Shown: positions 21,540 through 31,142 of the stretch, one piece after another
How positions within the stretch are numbered: position 1 is the first letter of the stretch
Layout of the letters: every line of letters begins with the position of its first letter
Source of the DNA: Pavona decussata
Taxonomy: Eukaryota
Length of the DNA stretch: 64,000 nucleotides
Direction of reading: 5' to 3'
NCBI GenBank assembly: GCA_977016875.1
Contig: CDRNST010000306.1
Span: forward strand, 62,001 to 126,000
Position numbers and translations under genes: made by a program
The notes under the pieces: model-generated
Told to the model about the DNA's origin: nothing
What the model saw: the letters and a program-made list of their open reading frames with translations, nothing else
The model's database searches: none

Positions 21540-23235
21540 TGGTATATATCACTAACACAGCCCTAACTGTGCCATCACCGACTTACGCCCATTAATGTAA
21601 GTTCCATCCCTTTTTGTCAATCATGGCTGTTAGCATAGCATAGCATTTTCCTGCAATAACAGCAAAAGAAACATCTTAAAATCGAGGTGAAAACATATGA
21701 CTGCTTGTAAATTTGCCATTTATTAAATAAAGGTTTCATTTTTCTCTACACAATTACTCTTTTGAACGTATGCTTTTAAAGTGAACCATTTCACTTTCCT
21801 TCTGTCCAGGTGTGCAGTGTTTCTTTAATAAAAGATTCAAGATAAATTAAAGTTGCTTGTTTTCAAATTTTGTCCGGCACTGTGCCAGTTCTTGTGTCAT
21901 TAACTCCAAACCTCTGATTCCTGTCTATTTGTATCTGTATGCTCGTCTTTCTGTCGGCCTTGTTTTTCTTCTTCAGGTATTAAAGCACTATAAAACTTTA
22001 TGGCGAATCAAAACATAATGTTTCTGTGCAACCATGCTCAAGACACATCACGAGAATTACATGAAAGTCAAACATCATTGCAAAATGTCCGCGAAAATAG
22101 TGATACCTAGAGAGTTAAATGGAACATTACAACTGACATTCTTTTTATATAAGAACATCAGGCAAAATTTTAAGAACACACTGAAAACATATCTTAGGCT
22201 GAGAATCTGAGCTAAGAACGTTGTTATTTTGACCGTCCGTTTAAAAAAAAGTAGAAGTTTGAACACGAGTAAAATAAATTGTAAAACGTGAGTTGGCTGA
22301 TCCGATATCGTACACGCAGCACAAGAGTAAACTGCGCAAGCATGTCAAAGGTAACTTGAAACCACATGGCAGCAAAAAATGCTCTTTGATAGGTTGCTGG
22401 TTTCATGTTATGAAAATATTGCACAAAAATAGTACGAAATGACATTTCGCTCGACCGCAATTTCCGAAGTGATCAATGCACCTTAGGACATGTTTTACGA
22501 CATATTTTTTTAAATTTCCTTTAGTACCTATTTAAAGCCGTTAATATTAGGAACTTTATGACTGTATCCTTTATTACTCGGGCCGTAAGGCGGACCGAGT
22601 TGAGGTTTCGGTAGCATTATCAAATTCTTTTTTTCTTTTGGGGGTCGCGATGGGCCGAGAGATAGGACTTCGGGCCACGAGTTTTTGTTCTCGGTCTCGT
22701 TTTTTGTACTCGGCTGGTACGAGTTACGTTTTCTGTCGTGTTATCAAATTCTTTAAATTCTGGGTCGCGTTCTTTGTTTTCGGGCCGTGAGGAATGTTTA
22801 CAATATGCGAGCCAGACGTGCGAGGCATGAACAAAACATGCGAGGCATGAGAGGAATGAACAACCCCAACATAAACTGCTAACCGTTAAGCTAACCGGGG
22901 AGCTATTAAAGCTAACCTAAGTGCTGTTTAGGCTAACTGGAGTGCTCTTTAGGCTAACCGGAGTGCTTTTTAGGCTAACCAGAGTGCCTCAAGGTTAGTT
23001 TTGTTTAACCGAAAATTTGGCAACTAAATCAGTCTATGACCTCGCAGGCCAAGATAGATAAAGATGTCTCACGTTTACTATAGAAAAACAATCAATGTAG
23101 AAACGGTTTCTGTCTTCAAGTGAAAGGTGAATAACAAATGCTTTCCCCTGAATTTCATTTAAAAATATAAACAGCGAAACATTGAAAATCGTACAAGGAT
23201 ATAAACGTACGCGTGATTCGTAACGTTACTCTAGA

Positions 23236-23623
23236 TTCGGGGGGGGGGGGGGTACTCAACAGATGCTTGGGTAGGGAGGTGCAGCCCGGGCGTTCAAACC
23301 CTGACCCTGTTTAAGACACAATTCTCCGATTTCCCTATCCCGTTTAACACAGAATTCAAAATTTTCAGGCCCTTTCTAAGACATTTAACCCAAAATCACA
23401 CCCTGCTTAAGACTAGAATGAAATAAGAATACACTAGTTTCTTACTGTATTTTAATGCATTGGCAATCACAATCTGTTTAAGCCATTAGGTCATGTAGGG
23501 ATACCCTGTTTAAGACAGAAAGTGATGAAATAGATACCCCGTTCAAGACAAAACACCCTGAAAACCATACCCTATCGGGCCGCACGTCCCCGTTAAGGTC
23601 ACATAAAAGAGTACCCCCACGGG
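23236..23623. mobile_element. MITE with (G)nTACTC...GAGTACCCCC termini nested in the HINE
   Basis: TIR GGGGGTACTC / GAGTACCCCC; flanking direct repeat TCTAGA(T); internal CCCTGTTTAAGAC repeats. Confidence 0.8.
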
Positions 23624-23868
23624 TCTAGATCATACCGAAAATTACGATCGGTCATTGACCCGGCGCGCGTCACATACATATTAGGACCGTACAAATGGTT
23701 TCTGTCTCTAAACGAAAGGTGAAAACGTAAGGATTAAAGCCAGGGGATTATAAAAAGCATTCGTGTGACAAATGCCGTTTTCCCTGTATTTCATTCTGAC
23801 TGCAAGAAATGTAATTCTATCCGGTGGTTACTTATTGCCTCACTATATCTCTGTATCTATCTATTTGG

Positions 23869-23951
23869 TAGCCTGCGAGCAAGCTCTCTTGGGGGTGGGG
23901 GGCGGGAGGGGGAAAGAGGATCCACCCCCAAGAGAGCTTGCTCGCAGGCTA
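23869..23951. mobile_element. 83-bp hairpin MITE TAGCCTGCGAGCAAGCTCTC...GAGAGCTTGCTCGCAGGCTA
   Basis: Perfect 9-bp TSD TCTATTTGG; the empty site is visible in the second HINE copy (~50210). Confidence 0.9.
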
Positions 23952-25012
23952 TCTATTTGGGGGAATTGGCGATGCTGGAGGTTATCACTGTTAAGAGATT
24001 GTAGGCTCTACGCACCACACAGTCAAATATGGCCCGAGTATAAGCTGGAAACAGCTTCTTGTTGAAGTAACATTAAGAGCAAACTGACTCACCTCTTTCT
24101 TTTCTTGTTTGTTTGTCTTGTTTTGATTACAAAAACTGAAACTGAATTTTAGTCGACCTTAATTGCCAAAGCGAGAACAACTCCCTGGCTTAAATTTACC
24201 TTCTCGCAGGTTTTGTCGTAATTCTTGGCAGTTAAAAAAATTTAAATTTGCAGTTACTAAATTCAAGTGTTTATAGTTGTAGAATTCAATAATTGGGAAA
24301 GAATTACAACACATGACACATGATTTCGATCCTCATTGCTCAGACTAGAACTTGTTCCCTCAGGGGTCTGCCTTGGTATCGGTCGGCTGTTGTACTGTTT
24401 GAAATAAGGGCTTTAACTGATAGGACGACTACTGACTACGGCTACGGTTGGACGTGAGTCGGCGCCTGGATCGAGTCAGACTGCGCATGATCATTAGCAC
24501 GCGAGTTTCCCGCGTTGTTCGTAGTCCTTCTGCTACGGGGAGTAGTCGGTGTGTTTCACGCAGAGGCGACTACGTAAGTATTTTTTTGCTGTTTCTTGCC
24601 AGTTTTTCTTTCCTATGTTACAATGTTAGGTGAAACAAACCGAAGCCTTCTTCTTCTGAGTTAAAGTAGTGGAGCAAATGTGTTTTTCTTCATTTACCGC
24701 CGCGAATTAACTGACACGGTACGATATGACGACCATGTAAACATAGCATACTAAGGCCCGGTTCATACGTCGAACTTTACATGAGCCGAACCTAATAATT
24801 TGGTTCGGCGCATGTAAAGATCGACGTATGAATCACTTAGCATGTGCGCAAAGGACTTCATTCTGAAAAAGATGGCGGGAAAAGAAGAATGTGCTTGTTC
24901 TTCTTGTTTCGAAACAACTGAATATACTTGTCTAAGATGCGAAAGATTAAAAAAAAAGAAGAATCTATTCTTGATGTGCACACGCACTTCAAACCGACAG
25001 AAACTTTCCAAT

Positions 25013-26100
25013 ACAGGCTATGTGAAAGGCGAAGCCGCAAGACTTCTCAGAACAAAATCTTCAAAAACAACATTTGAAGAAAACATTACTCTATTCAAAC
25101 AGAAATTACGCAACAGAGGTCACCTCGATAACCTTATAGATAAAACTCTTTCAGAAGCCAACCTCTGCGAAAGAATGTCGGCACTACAAAACAAACTAAA
25201 AACCCGCAAAAACATTTTGAAGTTTGTTATGGAATATCGCCCTTCTGTGCCTAACCTAAAACAATTCATGTGAGTAAATACAGGAGCCATAATCAGGGAT
25301 GGAGACCGTAAGCGTGGGGTCCACGCGTCCCCATGTGTTGTACCAAAAAATATATTTTTAGAAAAAAATGCCCCCCCCCCCCCCCTTCACGTCATAAACC
25401 CGCGTGAATACACGCAAATTTGCGTGGGGATACTACCTTATATGTGACACGGAAAGCAGCTGAGAAAAAAATCACTAAAGATAAAAAAGTCCTTACGTGT
25501 CTGAGTACATGCCCGTAGAGTGTAAGCTTTTTTTCATTCACTCAACAGTAGCAACGCACGCAGCGCCACCGTTTAGGCGCATTTATGACTTTACTGTGAG
25601 AGTCATGTGATCAATAGGCCGCTTATTCCAACTTCCCCCGTCTTCTTTCAATTGTTACCTTTTCTTTGTGAGAGTCTAATTCCTTAAATGTGGGCACTGA
25701 GGAGATATTCCCTGGCAGAATTTTAAAATTTGGACGCCATTTTGAACGGGTATAAAAAAATTTCAATTTCTCCACGCGCAATCCTGGCCGTTTATACGCG
25801 TGCGTGCACGCGCGTATGGCGCATTTTTTTCTAAAAATAGATTTTTTGGTACAACACATGGGGACAAGTCCACAAGTCAAAATGGCATATCGTTACGGTC
25901 TCCATCCCTGATTATGGCTCCTGGTAAATGACACTTGATAGAAAACCAGCCTCTGCCTAGGGAGATCTACAAAGACCCTTCCTTACTTTCGTGCAGAAAA
26001 GGGAGATCTTTGAAGGACGAACTCGTAAGAGCAAATTAGCTTTGAATGTCATATTCTTCCTATCTCGACCAGTAGGAGCCGTGTTTAGCCTGTCTTTATT
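25013..26100 (+). mobile_element. Penelope-like retroelement 3' fragment (layer 3), interrupted
   Basis: GYVKGEAARLLRTKSSKTTFEENI..FKQKLRNRG..FVMEYRPSVPNLKQ, resuming after 25923 as HLIENQPL.REIYKDP....RKGRSLKDELVRA. Confidence 0.75.
25281..25923. mobile_element. P-element-type MITE (layer 4)
   Basis: 31-bp perfect TIR CAGGAGCCATAATCAGGGATGGAGACCGTAA, CA..TG termini, 7-bp TSD GTAAATA/GTAAATG. Confidence 0.85.
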
Positions 26101-27219
26101 ATTTTACCAAACAAGCCCTTCCATGTCAGAATTCATCTTTCCCGCCATTTTGAATCTTGTTAAGTAAAAACAACAGCCGCTGACCACGAAAATCTATTTT
26201 CTCACGTTAGCTTTAATTAAGTTCGACTTCAGTTAGGTTCGACGTCTGAATCAACTGCCGAACTTAATTATTTGGGTCGACCTTAATAGGTATTAGGTTC
26301 GGCTCATGTAAAGTTCGACGTATGAACCGGGAACCGGTCATAAGCTTACTGCAATTTCTTCTTTTTCTTTTTTTTAACGCAGAATTCACAATGTCTAAGG
26401 AAGGAGATACTGCTAGGTAAGTTATGTTTAGAGATGATTCACACTTTTAAAATCGATATTGCTACCATAAGCAACTAAGCTTAATTTTAACATTTGTTTA
26501 CTTTTCAGTGGCAGTGCATATCTGGTCCTTCGGTCTACAAAGTATTAGAAGCTTATGTTTTCACTCTGTAATCTCTGGTACAGAAATAAACATTGTCTTT
26601 TAATGTATTCCGAGTGTGCCATCTATTATTACTCATTATTTTCTCATCTGTAGTCTTACATCGCGTAGTGGAAATCTTAATGTCAAAACGCACTTCGATT
26701 TTCCTGTCCTTTCAGCCTACTCGCGCCAGTCCACGATCTGTATGGCCTGGTGCGTCCTACCGTAGCCAGTAGTCCGTAGTCGTCCTATCTTAAAGTCCCT
26801 AATGTCGTTATGGCGAAGTCTTACGAGAATAGCCTCTCTGACCCTTAATCGAATTAGGTGCACCCGAAGAGGATATTCACATAAATTGATTATGTTCGGA
26901 AAATTGTCCATGTTCTACTTGATACTGAAATTTATCTTCCTACATTTTTTCTATGTCGAGGGAATCTAAACATTACTTGCGCAACGCTCAATATTTTGGT
27001 TAAATTGCAGCCACGTGTGACGATAGATTTTTCCACTGTAAGCGTCGGAAGGGGAAACTGTAACTTCTGTGTTACAACGGTGGGAAAACTAATTCACTTA
27101 ATTAAAGAGAACGTTTACACAAAAATGCAAACTAATCCAGCTGAAAAATACAATTTTCTTTTACAATAACTGATCCTACTCAAACAAACCAAAATACGAA
27201 TAGCAGCTAGGAATACAAA

Positions 27220-27461
27220 CAGTCGATTTAAATGTTCTTACATCATAGCCAGTCTCATATTAACGTCTTACTAATGCTGACAGTTTCGATGAATGTCAGC
27301 CATCTTTATCAAAACTTGAAAAACATGAAAAGTGTCAGAAGCCTTAAATAGGCTGACAGTCATTTAAACAGATAAAGATGGCTGACAATCATCGAAACTG
27401 TCAGCATTAATAAGACTTTAATATAAGACTGGCTATGATGTAAGAACATTTAAATCGACTG
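27220..27461. repeat. Fold-back inverted repeat: 91-bp arms (4 mismatches), 60-nt spacer
   Basis: 27220-27310 is the reverse complement of 27371-27461. Confidence 0.9.
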
Positions 27462-27821
27462 CTTATCTTCTACTAGCCTAACTACAGTTACAAAATTAAT
27501 TCAGCTGAACGACTGTCCATTATGTGTCTGGTTCTTGGACTAAATTCTATTTAAAAAAAAAAGCGCAAACTGCTAGTGCAGCTATGATGACACTAAAAAT
27601 AAACGATCACCTTAGTTCCTTTGTTGGAAGATAAATACAGGAGGAAAACTTCACCTATAGAATCCATTTTAACAAAGCCTACGTATCGCGAAATACAGAA
27701 TCTTAGTTAAACGAACAGAGTTCAATAATATTTCAAATCAAACAAAAAGTCAAAACAAGAGACTGATAGGCAAATAAAAAGAACCGAAAAGCAAACGCCA
27801 GTGACAGCCAATTGTGTTAAT

Positions 27822-27985
27822 AATAGTATACTTAAGCACTCAATTGTTTGAACGTGATGACACGTTTTCGATCGATTTTAAAATTAATTCCTTTTAATGA
27901 CACCAATAGTACACCTAAGTAATCATTGTTTGGATCCGTTTACATTATTTTCGATCGATTTCTAGTTTAATTCTACTGAATGAAA
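27822..27985. repeat. Diverged ~84-bp tandem duplication
   Basis: AATAGTA.AC.TAAG...ATTGTTTG...TTTTCGATCGATTT...TTAATTC...AATGA twice. Confidence 0.6.
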
Positions 27986-28015
27986 ATTTCCCCGTAACAC
28001 ACGTATTTGCCCGTG

Positions 28016-28456
28016 TATACACCAAATTCATAAAGATGGCCGCCGCACGGTATTGAGCCTGGGGCGGGTTAGGACAACAAGGAGTGGAGGCATTTTAGGA
28101 CATTTACGGCCATTTACCACCAAATCCTTTCTTGATTTCACTCGACTCGAAGTGCAAAGAGCAGACTTTAGTTGTATCTTTAACTTTAAAGTATTCGCCT
28201 TCGTCTCTCCGTATTTTATCAAGCCAGACATCTCCCAGCTTTCCTTTCGGTGGGAAACTAAAAAATCCTACCTTTTGCCCTTCTGGACCGACCGTTCCTT
28301 TTTGATTGCACAATGGAACACAACAATTTACATTAGAATTCGATTTCTTCGCATCGGAAGCCATTGTTGATTCTAAGGCTGTCCTAAAATGCCTCACACT
28401 GGTGCTAGGTCCCAGTTACTACCGCGTGGCGGCCATCTTTATGAATTCGGTGTATA
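28016..28456 (-). mobile_element. Mini DNA transposon (ISL2EU/Harbinger-like) carrying a THAP-domain ORF
   Basis: TIR TATACACC(A/G)AATTCATAAAGATGGCCGCC at both ends; internal minus-strand ORF. Confidence 0.75.
28104..28364 (-). pseudogene. THAP zinc-finger fragment (86 aa), transposon-derived
   Basis: MASDAKKSNSNVNCCVPLC...FFSFP...W...IRR...VCSLHF (C2CH signature); stops before the AVPTIF box. Confidence 0.75.
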
Positions 28457-28937
28457 ATGCACACTCTTTTCCCTATTGTTTGGTTACGTAAGCATACCTT
28501 AAACAAAAATGAACAAGAGCATTTCAAGTGAATATAGAATCAGTTTTAATGATTCCCGCGGTTTTCGTTAAGATCTCAAGAAAAAAAAAACTTGTCACTT
28601 TCCCATTCCTGTCCATAGGTCGTTTATCATATAGGTAAACATTTTGCAGATTTTGCAGGGGCGGATGACATTATCACCAAATTGGCAAAGGAGAGAAAGC
28701 CTGGGGCAGAGATCATCGAGCGCACTCCCTAATCTTTGATTATTATAAATAGTTAATAAAATAAGCAGGTGTATAATGACTTTATCCTAGCATTTTAGTG
28801 ACTTTTTTCTAGGTAGACTGAGCATTTTAAAATGGACAACATGGAGCATTTTCCTGTTTGGCCCCATGTGTAAGCAAACAGCGGATGTGAGTATTCCCAT
28901 CATTTTCATTGATGTATAATTTATTTACAGCGGGTTT

Positions 28938-30157
28938 CAACCTCGTTCCCAGGGTCTCTCTTCTTCCCGCCCCAGCGAGAGAGAGAGAGAGACCCTGGGA
29001 GAAGCTGGTCACGTGATAGCACACGACAAACTTCTCCTCAGTCGGGGTATACTCGCTCAACTATTTTATTCGCAAGAGTCGATCAGAGATTTTCAAGCGG
29101 GTGCGATTTTAAGCAAGCAAAATGCGAGAGATTTGGCGCAGTTTCATACCGTCTGCAAAAATCGTATATTAAGTACAATCTAGGGAATTTCAAACGGTCA
29201 ATGAAGCAGAGGTTGATCATAAACTCTACAACTCTACACTAGTTGGAACTGATTCCATGAATTGTACCAGAAATTTATTTAAGCTTAAACTGCGGTAATA
29301 AGTACATCTTTTGCTCTATAAATTGAAATGTAGTTCATAAAAAATTCTTTCAGTGACAGCATTATTAATAATTCATCACTCAAGAAAATATAAATACATT
29401 CTTCTTGTTCAGTATTCTGTTTATTTACATGTAATTCGCGACGCACAATATTGAATATATATTTGGTCACCGATTTCCTGTGAATAAATACATTGTTTTC
29501 GATCACAATCAGCGCTCTGAGCTCAATATTTTTCGTTTAACTACGTCTTAAAGTCAAGGACATAGGGAATAAACTAAGATGAAAAGTACCTTTGAATTAT
29601 ATTCACACGCGGCTTGCTTCGGTCCGTTGGTATTTCTGAGCACTTCTCCTGCTCACATTCTATTGCCGAAAATTCTTGGTGTTCCATTCGACAATACTAA
29701 AATTGATCTTCTTTCCCATTTCACCCCATTTGGAGCTCTGTTAAAAGGCGTAAAGCCAGCGATACTTCTGTTCTAATCACCATGCCTGTTTAGTTTTTGA
29801 CTCAAGCATCCCCCATCGTCTGTCGGTTTCCCTCTGGCGTCCTGAAACGACTGTTTTTAAAATAATTCTTTTGGATTAACAACACTCTACCTGAGTGGAA
29901 GAAACGTTGAACCTCTTCCAGGTCTCAAGTGAGTGTGCGATGTAGAAATGCTTGGTTGTAAAATCGCTTGTTGTCGTAGAGTTCGTAGCTGACTTCTCCG
30001 TCCTTCTGAGAAAGCAACAACTGCATACTTTACTACCCCTCCCTAACGGCTAATTGTGTCAAGCACCCAGATTTTGGGTGCCACGTGACCAGCTTCACCC
30101 AGGGTCTCTCTCTCTCTCGCTGGGGCGGGAAGAAGAGAGACCCTGGGAACGAGGTTG
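28938..30157. mobile_element. Non-autonomous DNA transposon, CAACCTCGTTCCCAGGG termini, 9-bp TSD
   Basis: ~78-bp near-perfect TIR; perfect TSD AGCGGGTTT at 28929-28937 and 30158-30166. Confidence 0.9.
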
Positions 30158-30400
30158 AGCGGGTTTCAGGTTTGATCGCTTCAGATGAGTTAAACTTCGG
30201 CAATTACAGGTATGAATAGCTCAAATGACAGTTCGCTTTCTGTTTCTGAAATGCGGATTTGGAGTGCTTCATTTCTTATGGAGAGCATCGTTGTCATCTT
30301 TGAAAACTTTATAACTGTTCAGATTTTTGGAAATAGAAGAAAACTTTGAAGAGAACTAGTTCCCTGATAATCGGTCTATCTAGTAGCTCTCGATGACATA

Positions 30401-31142
30401 CCGTGTGGCATGAAATTTTCGCGGGAGTTTAATTTCACGGAGTACCGATTTTTTGCCGACTTTAATGCTGGGAACAAATTTTGGCGGATTTCATGTACGG
30501 TACTTGTATAAAACAACAAAGGAATGCCATGTTTTCGTCGTTTATTTTCCTAATATGCGGAGTCGCCGATTAGGGTATAAGAAGACATTTTCACTATGGC
30601 GTCATTTTACTACAACTACCAGAATCTTTCTGGCTTCTGTTTTCTCATGCTAATTAGAGCTATTGTTCTTGCTGTCCACTGGGATTACAAAATTTGAATT
30701 TGAAAAGGAACGCGAAATTAATTGTGGTAGTTGTAGTAAAAATGACGCCATCTTGAAAATGGCCTATTCAAAGCGGCTAGGGCTACCTCGAATTTTCTTC
30801 ACAATTTTCAACATGAACGTGTGCTCTTAAGAATGGTGTCCCTTCGGACAACCCATTTTTATAAACCGAACAGTTGCCATCCGTGCACCGTAGTCACTCA
30901 TTGCTTATTTTGTTCTTCGGCAGGAGATAACGTACCGTAGTCTCCTTGTCTAGACAGAGTAGATTTTAAAAGCAAATTTACCCAGAGAAATGCGGGACTC
31001 TCCATTATATTGTTTGCAACCAAAGTAATTAAAATTTAGAAATGTAAATAAAAGGAGTAAATTTTCGCTGACTTTTTTTGGCTGGAGTTTATTTTCACGT
31101 GTCAAATTTTCGCGGATAGATGGAAAATTCAATGTCCACCGG
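30401..31142. mobile_element. TA-flanked MITE interrupting the GPCR pseudogene
   Basis: TA|CCGTGTGGCATGAAATTTT ... AAAATTCAATGTCCACCGG|TA; internal AATTTTCGCGG repeats. Confidence 0.65.
30580..30767. mobile_element. Small MITE nested in the previous element
   Basis: CATTTTCA.TATGGCGTCATTTTACTACAACTACCA versus TGGTAGTTGTAGTAAAAATGACGCCATCTTGAAAATG. Confidence 0.7.

Larger units (their letters stand above)
22571..24063 (+). mobile_element. DINE-1/HINE-like non-autonomous Helentron, copy 1
   Basis: 5' TTATTACTCGGGCC plus nearby partial inverted repeat CCGAGT; internal GCTAACC minisatellite (22877-23000); 3' GGCCCGAGTA, stem-loop AAGCTG-GAAA-CAGCTT, ending CTTGTT; ends shared with 48916-50285. 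Confidence 0.7.
24755..26340. mobile_element. PIF/Harbinger-type MITE (layer 2)
   Basis: ~41-bp TIR CCCGGTTCATACGTCGAACTTTACATGAGCCGAACCTAATA; TAA on both flanks. Confidence 0.8.
24406..26800. mobile_element. Harbinger-like MITE (outer layer of nested insertion)
   Basis: ~50-bp imperfect TIR ..CTTTAA..GATAGGACGACTAC.GACTAC.GGCTACGGT.GGACG; AAT flanks both sides. Confidence 0.7.

Noticed and set aside
22877-23000. Regularly spaced GCTAACC repeats resembling a CRISPR array
   Set aside because: Eukaryotic context, ~20-bp tandem units without unique spacers, no cas genes; a minisatellite inside the HINE
27381-27405. CTGACAATCATCGAAACTGTCAG looks like a minimal hammerhead
   Set aside because: CUGANGA is broken and there is no stem II; explained by the palindromic repeat
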